Part shown: positions 35,261-49,405 of the stretch, piece after piece
Layout of the letters: each line of letters begins with the position of its first letter
Position numbering within the stretch: the first letter of the stretch is position 1
From: Octopus vulgaris
Lineage: Eukaryota
NCBI GenBank assembly: GCA_951406725.2
Contig: OX597838.1
Span: 37,014,001 to 37,078,000 of the forward strand
Length of the DNA: 64,000 bases
Direction: 5' to 3'
Program-made: the position numbers and the translations under genes
Notes under the pieces: model-generated
What the model was told of the DNA's origin: nothing
Seen by the model: only the letters and a program-made list of their open reading frames with translations
Databases searched by the model: none

Positions 35261-35630
35261 TATATTTATATATATATGTATATATACAGTTTATGTCTCC
35301 TGGATTCACTCACAAAAGCTTTGGTTGACCTGCAGCTATAGTAGAAGACACTTGCCCAAAGTGCCATGCAGTGGGACTGAACCCCAGACCATGTAGCTGG
35401 GAAGCAAATGCCTTACCGCACAGCCACACCTACAGGTGCAAAAACAAAAGGCAAAACAATGAAATCTTTCAGATTATGACTGCAGCAGTAATCATATGAA
35501 GTACAAAGTGATGGTGTTTAGCCTGAACAGATTTAGTGATGCGTAATAATTCCTGTACGTTATTATGCCATTCATCTGGTGAAACTTCAAGCAGCAGTTC
35601 ACATCTTCCCTGTAATCTGTATAAATATAA

Positions 35631-35796
35631 AGGCGTAGGAGTGGCTGTGTGGTAAGTAGCTTGCTTACTAACCACATGGTTCTGGGTTCAGTTCCACTGC
35701 GTGACATCTTGGGCAACTGTCTTCTGCTATAGCCCTGGGCCGACCAATGCCTTGTGAGTGGATTTGGTAGACGGAATCTGAAAGAGGCCTGTCGTA

Positions 35797-35847
<51 letters not shown>

Positions 35848-36058
35848 ATGTGTGTTTGTGTGTCTGTGTTTGTCCCCCTAGCATTGCTTGACAACCGATG
35901 CTGGTGTGTTTACGTCCCCGTTACTTAGCGGTTCGGCAAAAGAGACCGATAGAATAAGTACTGAGCTTCCAAAGAATAAGTCCCGGGGTCGATTCGCTCG
36001 ACTAAAGGCGGTGCTCCAGCATGGCCGCAGTCAAATGACTGAAACAAGTAAAAGAGAG
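35631..36058 (+). mobile_element. SINE family A, full length
   Basis: Matches other family A copies. Confidence 0.88.
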
Positions 36059-36216
36059 TAAAAAAGTAAATGTTAGAAACAAATGTATGTGTTTGTGTGT
36101 CTATCTGTCGGTGTGTTAGTCTGTATTATAATTAGACATGTATTACTGGGGGTTTTTTGTGATTTTAAAACTTTAAGCTACATAGAGTGTAATTCATATA
36201 TATATATTTATATATA

Positions 36217-36773
36217 GGCACAGGAGTGGCTGTGTGGTAAGTAGCTTACCAAGCTTCTTACCACACAGATCGAAGGGTTATCAGTCGGCGGGCCCTGGTG
36301 CCCCTCTCATTTTTTTCCATCTTTGTCATTTTCATACACATAAATGTCTCTGTCCAGCCCACAGCTACCTTTATCTGTCTTCGACCTTCATGGTCAATTC
36401 GATGAAATAAAGTAGCTTACCAACCACATGGTTCTGGGTTCAGTCCCACTGCATGTCTTCTACCATAGCCTCAGGCTGACCAATGCCTCGTGAATGGATT
36501 TGGTAGATGGAAACTGAAAGAAGCCCATTGTATATATACATATATGTGTGTGTGTGTGTGTATTTATGTGTTTGTGTTTGTCCCCCCAACATCGCCTGAA
36601 AACTGATGCTGGTGTGTTTACAACCCCGTAACTTAGCAGTTCGGCAAAAGTGACCGATAGAATAAGTACTAGGCTTCCAAGGAATAAGTTTTTGGGTTCA
36701 ATTTGCTCGACTAATGTCAGTACTCCAGCATGGCCACAGTCAAATGCCTGAAACAAGTAAAAGAGTAAAGAGT
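36217..36773 (+). mobile_element. SINE family A with a 157-bp insertion in its head
   Basis: aagtagcttaccaa duplicated at 36239-36252 and 36410-36423. Confidence 0.8.
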
Positions 36774-38272
36774 ATATGATTCAAATGAAGTTTTTCTTTG
36801 TTTTGATTGTTAGTTTTCTTTATCTGTATCAGACATGATTGTGTGATTTCAGCTTTATTCATGCATAAATACAAAGTGTCACTCATGGAGGGTATTGGCT
36901 AGCAGATGGAAGTTTTAAAAATAGAGTTTTACAGTCATAATATCTTAATATATGCTCAGCAACATACTATATTTGTAGCTGCACAGATGGTGTGTAATTT
37001 TCAAGATATGTAAGTTTATCATTGAAATTTTCAATGAGTGGTATACTGTCAAGATACCAGCTATATCAACAGTGTATTAACATGCATGCAATCAGGTTTA
37101 TTGATTGTGTTAAAACTAAAGAGGAGGAATTTATTAATATGTCAGCATCTGGTGAATATTTCATATCAAGCTTTGAAGTAACCAGGTTCAGTTTACAATC
37201 TATTTAAAAAGAAATATACCTTCGTGACACTGAACCTGCAAATGCAATTGTAAATCATCAAATTACTCTCATCCAAATGAAGAATGCTTTATTAAGCTTA
37301 AAAATTTGGTCATAAAGAGGCAACAATGTTTTCCATTATGTTGCTATAACAACAACAACAAGGATGATGATGATGATGATGATGATGCCGATAATAATAA
37401 AATTATCAACTATACAAAAGATATTGAGCACTAACAGTTATGCTCATGATATATCTTGCAAACTACTATAATCAAATATCTATATGTGTAGGTGTGTGTG
37501 TGTGTGTGTATATATTTATATATATATATATACACACACATGTACAAACATATATATACTTATATATAAGTGCACACACACACACATATGTACACACATG
37601 TATGTTTATATATATATCTATATATACACATACATACATATATATATATGTATATACACATACATATATATATATATATGTATATACACATACATATATA
37701 TATAGATATGTATATACACATACATATACATACACATATATATATATGTATGCATATATGTACATATATGTATATATATATATTTTATATTTACATATGT
37801 ATATAGATTTATATATGTGTTTGTTTATATACATGTATGTATATGTATGTGTGTGTAAATGCATGCACACACAAACACACATGCACACAATGGATATTAT
37901 ATATTCACACAACTATGTGTAGATTTTGTAAATATGTGTATATACATGCATATATGATGCGTGTCTTTGTTTCATTGTATGTGTCTGTCTTTATTTGTGT
38001 GTGATATGAAGTGAAGATTAATTTAATTACTACTGCAGATAAGTTAATTACTAATTCCTACTTGATTTAGAAAGAATCCCTAATTATAGAACGGATTAAC
38101 TGAGAGATTTATTTAATATAAATTTAAAAACACATTTTATATATATGCCTGCAAACAGACGTATACAAATTTTATCATAACATGTGTATGTGTGTATTCG
38201 TGTGTGTGTATATTCAAATATACACATGCACATAAGCACACAAATGTAACTTAGTATATTATAATGTGCATG

Positions 38273-38316
<44 letters not shown>

Positions 38317-38401
38317 TATAATATATATGTAAATATATAATATATGCATATATACATATATACAATATATATATTTATATATATTTATATATATATATAT
38401 A

Positions 38402-38512
<111 letters not shown>

Positions 38513-38525
38513 ATGTATGTATATA

Positions 38526-39452
38526 GTCATCTCATAAAAGATGCAGTTTTTTTTATACTGCTTTTATTTTTCGAAATAAAGGTAAACAAATTTCTTTTTT
38601 AATCTAAAATCAACTCTACTTCATTTTCTACAATGCTCTTCCAATCTGTCTGGTAGACTGGCAGGACCATTCTTCCAAATTCCATTTGTCCATGATGAAA
38701 AATACTCCTCCAGAATAAAGGATAATCAAATGGGGCAATGTCTGGCAAACATGGTGAGAGGGGCAACGTTTTCCCATTCAAACTGCTCCAGCCTTTAGAA
38801 TGTCAACCTTGCTGTATGTGGCTGAGCATTATTCTGATGGAAGAACACCTATCATCTTGAAACCAAAGATGGTTGGTTTCCTTCTAGCGCTGACTTAAGC
38901 CACTCAAGCTGCTCGCAGCAGATCTCCTTTGTTATCGTTTGGTTAGGGTTTAAAAGTTCAAAGTGGACTAAACCTTTCATATCCCACCAAACAGATAATG
39001 ACACCTTACAAGGGTGAAGACCTTTTATAGCCGGGGGTGCCAGTGTTTCTCCCTTCTGTACCCACTGTTTTTGGTGCTTTGGCATATTTATAGAGAACCC
39101 ATTTCTCATCACCAGTCACTAATCGGTCTTTGTGAGACATTACAAGAAAGAAGAGCACACATTCACTCTCTTCACATGGTTAGGCCCAAAAAGTTTGTAA
39201 GGAACCTGTTAATCCAATTTGCTGACTTTTCCAATGGCATGCAGGTGTTGATGAATGGTTCCCTGACCAAATCCAAGCTTCTCTGCCAGTTCCTCAACAG
39301 TTACAATGGGACTTTCTTTCACCAGAATTTGCAGGACGTCCTTGTTGAGTTCTACAGATCTTCCAGGATGAGGCTTGTCTTGTAGGCTGTAGTTTCTGGT
39401 TCGGAATTTCTAGAACCACTGTTGACACTGGCTTTCACTTATTTCCCAATCC
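38526..39452 (-). pseudogene. Degraded mariner (DD34D) transposase
   Basis: GLHPCKVSLSVWWDMKGLVHFELLNPNQTIT, FHQNNAQPH, SPCLPDIAPFDYPLF; frameshifts; same family as 52045-53304. Confidence 0.88.
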
Positions 39453-39771
39453 CCATCATCATCATCATCATCATTGTTTAATGTCCGCTTTCCATGCTGG
39501 CATGGGTTGGACAGTTCAACTGGGGTCTGGGAAGCCAGGAGGCTGCACCAGTCCCCAATCTGATCTGGCAGTGTTTCTACAACTGGATGCCCTTCCTAAT
39601 GCAAACCCCTCCATGGATGGAGTGTGTGCTTTTTACGTGCCACCAGCACAGGGGCCACTCCCTATATTTCATTAATGTATCTCACATGTTCTGTTGCATT
39701 GTTGCCTTTAATGACCTGATATATATAAAAGGAGAGAGGTAGACAGGTGTGCATTTGTTAATTTTAAATAT

Positions 39772-40166
39772 AGGTGCAGGAGTGGCTGTGTGGTAAGTAG
39801 CTTGCTTACCAACCACATGGTTCCGGGTTCAGTCTCACTGCATGGAACCTTGGGCAAGTGTCTTCTACTATAGCCTCGGGCTGACCAAAGCCTTGTGAGT
39901 GGATTTGGTAGATGGAAACTGAAAGAAGCCCATCGTATATATGTATATGTACATATTTCTGTGTGTATGTTTGTCCCCCCAACATCTTTTGACAACCAAT
40001 GGTAGTGTATTTACGTCCCCGTAACTTAGTGATTTGGTGAAAGAGACTGATAGATTAAGTACTGGGCTTACAAAGAATAAGTCCTGGGGTCAATTTGCTC
40101 GACTAAAGGCAGTGCTCCAGCATGGCCGCAGTCAAATGACTGAAACAAGTAAAAGAGAGTAAAGAG
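39772..40166 (+). mobile_element. SINE family A
   Basis: Matches other family A copies. Confidence 0.85.
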
Positions 40167-40461
40167 ATTGTATTACCATGCTCACATGAGGCCGGGTGGT
40201 GCCTTATTTGTGGCAGAATGTTTTAGTCAAATGCTTTTCTGTTTACCAACCATTTGACAAAGTAACCGTCATCTTAGTCCAATCTTCTTCACAGATCATG
40301 AAATGTCAGCTTTCATATCCATTTGTGTGCATGCATCTACACACACACACACCCATATATACACGCATTCATCCATGTACACACACAAGGCTTTGGTTGG
40401 CCTGAGGCCGTAGCAGATGCCCCTTGTTCATGGTGCTGCACAGAGGGATAGAATCAAAGGC

Positions 40462-40808
40462 CATCATCATCATCATCGTTTAACGTCCGTTTTCCATGCT
40501 AGCATGGGTTGGACTGTTCGACCGGGGTCTGGGAAGCCAGGAGGCTGCACCAGGCTCCAGTCTGATCTGGCAGTGTTTTTACGGCTGGATGCCCTTCCTA
40601 ACGCCAACCACTCCGTGAGTGTAGTGAGTGCTTTTTACGTGCCACCTGCACAGGTGCCAGGGGAGTCTGGCATTGGCCACGATCGGATCGGTGCATTTTA
40701 CGTGACACCGGCAAGGAAACAAGTCAAGGCGGCGCTGGCATCGGCCACGTTCGGATGGTGCTTTTTATGTGCCACCGGCACAGAAGCCAGTCGAGGCGGC
40801 GCTGGCCA
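40462..40808 (-). mobile_element. Retroposon family C nested in a diverged family A head
   Basis: (CAT)n-cgtttaacgtccgttttccatgctagc...; flanked by A-like pieces at 40385-40460 and 40805-40850. Confidence 0.75.
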
Positions 40809-40919
40809 TATGGTTGGAAAACAAGCTTCTTACCCATACAGCCAAACCTGAAGAGTTTGATTGACTTCTAATTACAAACTGCAGAAGTATTGAAGTCACA
40901 ATGTTATACTAATACCACA

Positions 40920-41345
40920 ATATTCTTATTTCTTTATTGCCCACAAGGGGCTAAACATAGAAGGGAAAAAAACAAGGACATACAACAGGATTAAGTTGAT
41001 TACATCGATCCCAGTGCATAACTGGTACTTAATTTATCGATCCCAAAAGGATGAAGGGCAAAGTCGACCTCGGCGGAATTTGAACTCAGAAGGTAACGGC
41101 AGATGAAATACCTATTCCTTTACTACCCACAAGGGGCTAAACACAGAGGAGACAAACAAGGACAGACAAAGGGATTAAGTCGATTACGTCGACTCCAGTG
41201 CGTAACTGGTACTTAATTAATCGACCCCGAAAGGATGAAAGGCAAAGTCGACCTCAGTGGAATTTGAACTTAGAAGGTAACCACAGACGAAATACCGCTA
41301 AGCATTTCGCCCGGCATGCTAACGTTTCTGCTAGCTCGCCGCCTT
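40920..41345 (-). mobile_element. SINE family B tandem dimer
   Basis: Two units of about 190 bp (cccacaaggggctaaaca...ggcaaagtcgacctc) under one head at 41300-41345. Confidence 0.85.
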
Positions 41346-42554
41346 TACCACAATATTCTTGCTAAATGCAATGCCAGTCCGTTGCAGGATTACTCATTCG
41401 CAGGTCCTGGTATTGGAGCAATGTATATTTAAGTATTTTGCTGAAAAATGGAACACACTGCCTGTCTTGGAATTGAAACCACAATCCTGTGGTCACAAGT
41501 GTAACACCCTAACCACTAGGCCATTTAAAGGCACATAACCAAGTGGAAACAGCAGCAGATGCTAATAACTATCGCATGGAGATTCAAGCATTTCAGCTGC
41601 TGTTAAAATACATTATCCAGATAATGTTATTACATAGAGGTATCCTGCTTTATGAGTTTTTCATGGTGCAGTCATCCATTGTATGGTTGCAGGGTATGTG
41701 GAGCGTGCAGTGTGCACTTGTAACAATAAAACATTTCTAGTTTAGTTGAGAGATGATCAAACGGATGTGTGATGCTCCAAATAAAAAATATTTATTTATC
41801 ATTAACAAAATTCTTGTTGGAATGAAAGACAACAACCAAAAAAAAAACAAAAAAGAAAAGAAGATATTTTAGCTAAGTGAGTCAGTTTGTGCATGTCTGC
41901 GAGAGATGAATGTGTCTGCAATGACAGTAGCCAGTAGTTATTTAAATTCTTGCAGTAAGTTGGCGTATGCTGTGTCTCATCTTAACCACTATTGTTATCA
42001 TCACATTCTGTAGCCAAAGTTGAGTGATGTAAATTCCTGCAGCCATTGATCTTGGCTGTGTACAGCCACTAACGGTTTACCAGATAAACAATCTATATAT
42101 AGCCAATGGTTTGTCAAGCAGAGGGCATAAAAGAAAATGCACCAAAGACGAAATTGTTAATGACAAACCCATATGTTGTTTATCACAATTAAGATCTAAT
42201 GAGATAACCATCTGTTGGTTCTATTGTTTTTACTATCAGAAACCTGAATGAGTTAGTCACTCACTGACATCGTCAAGTGTTCACAGACTCTTGTTTGTTA
42301 TTTTCACATCAGAACACAGTGGTTTGGGTTCAATTCCTAGAGAGTGAGTTAGTGTTTAAGACTTTGCCAATATTTCTGTAGCACAGTTCTGTCTGCATGG
42401 CTCATGCTTCCACTGGAAGTTGTTAGCCTCTTAAATGGATCTTTTTGGCGTTGGATTTATTCTTGTACTTTCCCACAAATTACTTTGCTGACTTGTTCAA
42501 GTATTTGGTAGAATTTAGTGTTTGCATGATTCTTACAGTTTCCTTATTTAAAGT

Positions 42555-42702
42555 GTGTGTGTGTGTGAGAGAGAAAGAGAGAGAGAGAGAGAGTGTGTGT
42601 ATGAAAGACAGTGAGAGAGAGAGAGATAGAAAGAGAGAAAGTACATATGAAAGAAAGTGAGAGAGAGAGAGAAAGAGAGAGAGTGCATGAAAGACAGTGA
42701 GA

Positions 42703-42735
<33 letters not shown>

Positions 42736-43150
42736 TGCATGAAAGACAGTGAGAGAGAGAGAGAGTGAGAAAGAGAAAGAGAGAGAGTGCATGAAAGACA
42801 GTGAGAGAGAGAGAGATAAAAAGAGAGAGAGAAAGTACATATGAAAGAAAGTGAGAGAGAGAGAAAGAGAGAGAGTGCATGAAAGACAGTGAGAGAGAGA
42901 GAGAAAGAGAAAGAGAGAGAGTGTGTATGAAAGACAGTGAGAGAGAGAGATAGAAAGAGAGAGAGAAAATACATATGAAAGAAAGTGAGAGAGAGTGCAT
43001 GAAAGACAGTGAGAGAGAGAGAGTATGGCAGTAAGTGTGAGATAGAGTGTGTGTGTGTGTATGAAAGAAAGTGTGAGAGATAAAGAAACAGTGTGTGAAA
43101 GAGAGAGACAGTGTTCTTGTGTGTGTGAGAGAGTGTGTGTGTTTATGTGT

Positions 43151-43190
<40 letters not shown>
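42555..43190. repeat. GA-rich compound minisatellite (gtgcatgaaagacagtgagagaga)
   Basis: Direct reading. Confidence 0.9.
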
Positions 43191-43192
<2 letters not shown>

Positions 43193-43314
43193 GTACTTTG
43201 GCAAATGCAAAGAAAAGCTTGTCCAAGGTGCCATGCCGTAGGATTGAACCCAATGCCACAGAGTTGGAAGCAAGCTTCTTAATCATACTGCTTTTGTGGT
43301 TTCACTATAGATAT

Positions 43315-44450
43315 TTTACACACACACACACACACGTTTGCTCTCTCTCTCTCATATGCACACAGGTACACACACACACACACACTCTCTCTCTCTCTCT
43401 CACTTGCATGCACACAAGCACACACACACACTCACTCACTCACACACACACAGACTCTCACTCACACACACACACACACACTCACACACACACACAGGCA
43501 CACACACGCATGCATACACACACACATATAAGCACACACTCACACGTACGCACACATGCACAGGCACACACTCTCTTTCTCTCTCTCTCTCTCTCTTCTC
43601 ACAGGCTCACAAGCATTTACTGTCTCTCTCTCTTTTTCTCTCATGCATGAACACACACTCTCTGTCTCCCTCTCTCTCTCTTTCACACACACTCACACAC
43701 ATACACAGGTACACACACACACACAAGCTTATACTGTCTCTCTCTCTCTTTCTCTCACATACACACTCTCTCTTCCTCTCTCTCACACATACACATGCAC
43801 ACACTCACTCACACACATATACAGGTACACACACATGCACAGGCACACACACACTCTCTCTCTCACATACACACAAACATACACTGTCTCTCTCTCTCTC
43901 TTTCTATCACATGCACACACACACACATACACACTCTCTGCCTCCTCACACACATACACACACACATACACACTCTCTGCCTCCTCCCACACACACACAT
44001 ACACACTCTCTGCCTCCTCACACACACACACACACATACACACTCTCTGCCTCCTCCTCCCCCCCCCCACACACACATACACACTCTCTGCCTCCTCACA
44101 CACACACATACACACTCTCTGCCTCCTCACACATACACACACACATACACACTCTCTGCCTCCTCACACACACACACACACACACACATACACACTCTCT
44201 GCCTCTTCACACACACACACACATACACACTCTCTGCCTCTTCACACACACACACACATATACACACTCTCTGCCTCCTCACACACACACACATACACAC
44301 TCTCTGCCTCCTCACACACACACACACACACACACTCTCTGCCTCCTCACACACACACACACTACCTCTCTCTCACACACACACATACACACTCTCTGCC
44401 TCCTCACACACACACACACAACCTCTCTCACACACACACACACATACAGC
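43315..44450. repeat. CA/CT compound minisatellite (acacactctctgcctcctcacacac)
   Basis: Direct reading. Confidence 0.9.
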
Positions 44451-45080
44451 TCATATAGGCATAATTAAATAAGTAAACGAAAGGTCTTTTCTATTCATTA
44501 AATTAAAAAGAATCGTGGAATAAAGTAATTTTTGTCATTAAACAACACTCCATCATTTTCCATCATTTTCCATCATCCGCAAAAAAAAAACCCTAACAAA
44601 AACAAAAAAAGAAAGAGATAACAATGATTATAAACTTTTAAATTTAAATATTATTCAAATAAATTGAATTTAAATGAAAGTAATTTCCGAATAATAATAG
44701 GTAATTAAACTGGCAACTCGGCAAATCCTAAATCATTATACATCCGTATTGTTCAATGCGGAACGTTTTTTTCCTTGACATTTATTCCTTATTGTTGCGA
44801 CATCCTTCAAGAACACTTTGAAATTTACTTGGTTTTTTCCCTCATCTTGGAGCAGCAGGCAGCTGATTGTCATAGACTCACCTGTTTGTGAAGAGGAATT
44901 AAAATCGGTGGAATTCAGTTCTTAGAATACGTGCTAATGAAATATACAAGTTCTGGAAATTTTGCAGTTCCTGTCTCTGCTTAAGAAAGAATCCTTTTAT
45001 GGCGGCTGCCTTTGTTTGTCTCCGTTCTTTATTTGGTGTGTGTCTCAGTGTTTGCCCAGCAAATTTGACAAACGGTTACA

Positions 45081-45111
<31 letters not shown>

Positions 45112-45184
45112 ATTTCTATCTCTCACTCTCTCTGTCTTTCTCTCTCTCTTTCACTCATTCTCTCTCTCTCTCTCTCTTTGCATA

Positions 45185-45349
45185 GATCATTTATCATTCA
45201 CTTACTTCAGTCATTAGATTGCGGCCATGCTGGGGCTCTGCCATGAAGAATTTTAATCAAACAAACCATCACATCTCTTCCTCTCCCTCTCTCCTTATCT
45301 CTCCCTTTTTCTATTTCTCTTTGTCTCTCTCTTTCTTTCTCTCTCTCTT

Positions 45350-45401
<52 letters not shown>

Positions 45402-45986
45402 CACAGATCATTTATCATTCACTTCAGTCATTAGACTGCGGCCATGCTGGGGCCATGCCATGAGGAATTTTAGTCAAACAAACCATCACATCTCTCCCTC
45501 TCCCTCTTTCTTTTTCTGTCTGTCTATCTCTCTCTCCCTTTTTCTATTTCTCTTTGTCTCTCTCTTTCTCTCTCTCTCTCTTTGCCTATATCGTTTATCA
45601 TTCACTGGCTCCAGTCATTAGACTGCGGCCATGCTGGGGCTCTGCCATGAGGAATTTTACTCAAACAAGATGACCTCAGTATTTATTTTAATTTGTGTGG
45701 GTGGCAGACACAGACATAAAGACATACACATGCACACACACACACACACACGCACACACATGCACACACACACGCACACATGCGCACACTCACACACACA
45801 TGCACACACATATATATGTAAGCTGCCCTTCTTTCAGTTTCCGTCCACCAAATCCTCTCACAAGGTTTTGGTCGGGCCAAGGCTATAGTAGAAAGCCCTT
45901 TTACAAAGGGCCGCACAGTGGGACACTGAACCTGGAACCATGTGGTTGAGAAGCAAACTTCTTACTATGCAGCTACGGCTGTGCCT
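45185..45986 (-). mobile_element. Diverged family A SINE with a triplicated 3' end separated by CT tracts
   Basis: cagtcattaga(c/t)tgcggccatgctggg at about 45208, 45425 and 45612. Confidence 0.75.
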
Positions 45987-46020
45987 ATATATATATATCA
46001 CGTGATATATATATATATAA

Positions 46021-46191
46021 GGCGCAGGAGTGGCTGTGTGGTAAGTAGCTTGCTAACCAACCACATGGTTCCGGGTTCAGTTCCACTGCGTGGCATCTTG
46101 GGCAAGTGTCTTCTGCTATAGCCTCGGGCCGACCAATGCCTTGTGAGTGGATTTGGTAGATGGAAACTGAAAGAAGCCTGTCGTATATATG

Positions 46192-46222
<31 letters not shown>

Positions 46223-46413
46223 GTGTTTGTGTGTCTGTGTTTGCCCCCCTAGCATTGCTTGACAACCGATGCTGGTGTGTTTACGTCCCCGTCACTTAGC
46301 GGTTCGGCAAAAGAGACTGATAGAATAAGTACTGGGCTTACAAAGAATAAGTCCCGGGATCGATTTTCTCAATTAAAGGTGGTGCTCCAGCATGGCCGCA
46401 GTCAAATGACTGA
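46021..46413 (+). mobile_element. SINE family A
   Basis: Matches other family A copies. Confidence 0.88.
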
Positions 46414-46434
46414 ATACTTGGTGAAATTGATTAA

Positions 46435-46479
<45 letters not shown>

Positions 46480-46829
46480 CACACACACACACAGATAGAT
46501 ATATATGTATACGTGAGAGAAAGAGGCACAGGCTGTGTGATAAGAAGTTTGCTTACCAACCACATGATTCCGGGTTCAGTCCCACCGCGTGGCACCTTGG
46601 GCAAGTGCCTTCTGCTATAGCCTCATAAGATTGTGGTTTCAATTCCTGGACCAGCCGATGCATTGTGTTCTTGAGCAAAACACTTCATTTCACGTTGCTC
46701 CAATCCACTCAGCTGACAAAAATAATTAATCCTGCAATGGACTAGCGTCCTGTCCAGCTGGGGAACACATACACCATTGAGACCGTGAAACTGGACCCAT
46801 GAGCCTGGCTAGGTACACCAGGCACATAT

Positions 46830-47018
46830 TGTTATTATTACTATCATTATTATTATTATCATTATTATCATTATTATTTAGGTCACTGCCTGGAATTGAA
46901 CTCGGAATCTTGGGGTTAGTAGCCCACGGTCTTAACCACTATGCGGTTAAGAGCGCAGGCTACTAACCAAAACATTCCAAGTTTAATTCCAAGCAGTGAC
47001 CTGAACAATAACAACAAC

Positions 47019-47064
<46 letters not shown>

Positions 47065-47205
47065 TCAAAAAATACCTTAGGAATGAGAACCCAGGTTTGT
47101 AATTTCCCCAAGACGCCTGAAGACAGCTGGAGAGTATATCAACCGAAACATTCTGTTAACAATAAACAAGATGAGGACAAATATGCATCGAATGTAAATA
47201 ATGTA
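46830..47205. mobile_element. Second locus of the tRNA-head/(AAT)n/hammerhead composite, again head-to-head
   Basis: Inverted head 46881-46944, forward head 46945-47005, (AAT)n, tail gacgc-CTGAAGA-cagctggagagtatatcaacc-GAAAC-att-ctgtt. Confidence 0.8.
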
Positions 47206-47247
47206 TCTGTAAATATATTTCTATGTCCCTATTTGTATTATGTTATA

Positions 47248-47648
47248 CTCTTACTCTTTTACTCTTTTACTTGTTTCAGTCATTTGACTGTGGCCATGCT
47301 GGAGCACTGCCTTCAGTCGACCAAATCGACCCCGGGACTTATTCTTTGTAAGCCCAGTACTTATTCTATCGGCCTCTTTTGCCGAACTGCTAAGTGATGG
47401 GGACGTAAACACACCAGCATCAGTTGTCAAGCAATGCTAGGGAGACAAACACAGACACACAAACACATACATATATATACATATATACATATATACGGCA
47501 GGCTTCTTTCAGTTTCCGTCTGCCAAATCCACTCACAAGGCCCAGGGTTATAGCAGAAGACACTTGCCCAAGATGCCACGCAGTGAGACTGAACCCGGAA
47601 CCATGTGGTTGGTTAGCAAGCTACTTACCACACAGCCACTCCTGCGCC
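47248..47648 (-). mobile_element. SINE family A
   Basis: Matches other family A copies. Confidence 0.85.
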
Positions 47649-48374
47649 TATGTGTGTCCTTGTTTATGAATATTTACGCATCTGGGTGTATGAGAATGAA
47701 ATGCCTTGTCATATTGTGCGACAGAAAAAAGATGGATGAACTGAAGTTACTTTTCAACCGAGCTTCTATCAAACTTGACAGATACATACATAGAAATAAA
47801 CTTTTAAATTTGAACGTTATTGAAATAAATTAAATTTGAATTAAATTAATTTTAGATTAACAATAGGTAATGGAACTTCTAACTTAGTAAATTGTAATTC
47901 ATCATATTATACGGATCCTCGTTGTTTGGCAAAGGAAATTAAATAAGCTGTATATTTTTTGTTTGTATTTGTGTTTATTGTTTGCGTGTGTATATATGTG
48001 TATATAATGCACATGCATATATACATGTATGTATGTGTATATCGATGTGTGTGTATGTGTGTATACATGTGTGTGTGAATATATGTATATATTTATATAT
48101 AAATATATGAATATGTGTTTTTGTGTATATATATATGTATATATGTGTGTATATATATTTGCATATGTATATATGTATATGCATTTATATTGTATATATA
48201 TGTGTGTGTGTGTGTGTGTATGCATTTATATGAATGTATGTGTGTTTATGAGTGTCTATATGTGCATGTGTGTGTGTATGCATTTATATGAATGTGTGTG
48301 TGAGTGTGTATATGTGCATATGTATGTGTATATATGCATGTATATGTGTATATATTTATATATGTATGCAGATA

Positions 48375-48405
<31 letters not shown>

Positions 48406-48941
48406 GTATAATTATGAGTATATACATGCATATATATATATGTGTGTGTATTCACTATATAATATGTTTACACCCTGAGTGTATGTATATGTATCTCTAT
48501 GTGTGTATATGTGCATTTGTGTTTGCAATAAGTTTTTAACTATGACAGAAGCTGCTATCACACACACAAACACACACAAATACACACACGTCAATAGACA
48601 ATTATCTTATTACTATAAACGTGCACAAACACAGACACACACATAGACACACGTATACATGCACTTATGTATGTAGAAATATTAAAGGCACTCACATATA
48701 GTTACCGCTCTCACATATCCCTCTACAAGGAAGAAAGAAAACATGCACACATCTGTACACACATACACATACACACACACACACACATATAGATACACTC
48801 ACAATATCATGTAAGGTTGCAGTAACTGTTATTCCTATACACTAAATGTTGCTCCTCTTTCTCTTCTCATCCTCTCTCTCTCTCTCCCTCTCTCTCCCCC
48901 TCTCTCCCTCTCTCTCCCCCCTCTCTCCCCTCTCTCTCTCT

Positions 48942-48991
<50 letters not shown>

Positions 48992-49151
48992 GTCTCTGTT
49001 ACAAATTTTCGCTTTCTTTTCTCTTCCTCGCCATTCCTTTTGTCTTCTTTTTCCTTAATTCTTCGCCCATTTCTCTTTCTTCTAGTCTTATTTCTCTCTT
49101 TTCGACATCATCTCTGTTCTTCTAGTTTACTCTCACTTCCTATATCTTTCA

Positions 49152-49366
49152 CTTACTCTTTTACTTGTTTCAGTCATTTGACTGCGGCCATGCTGGAGCA
49201 CCGCCTTTAGTCGAGCAACTAGACCCAAGGACTTATTCTTTGTAAGCCCAGTACTTATTCTATCGGTCTCTTTTGCCGAACCGCTAAGTGACGGGGACGT
49301 AAACATGCCAGTATCGGTTGTCAAGCAATGCTAGGGGGACAGACACAGACACAAACACACACACAT

Positions 49367-49405
<39 letters not shown>

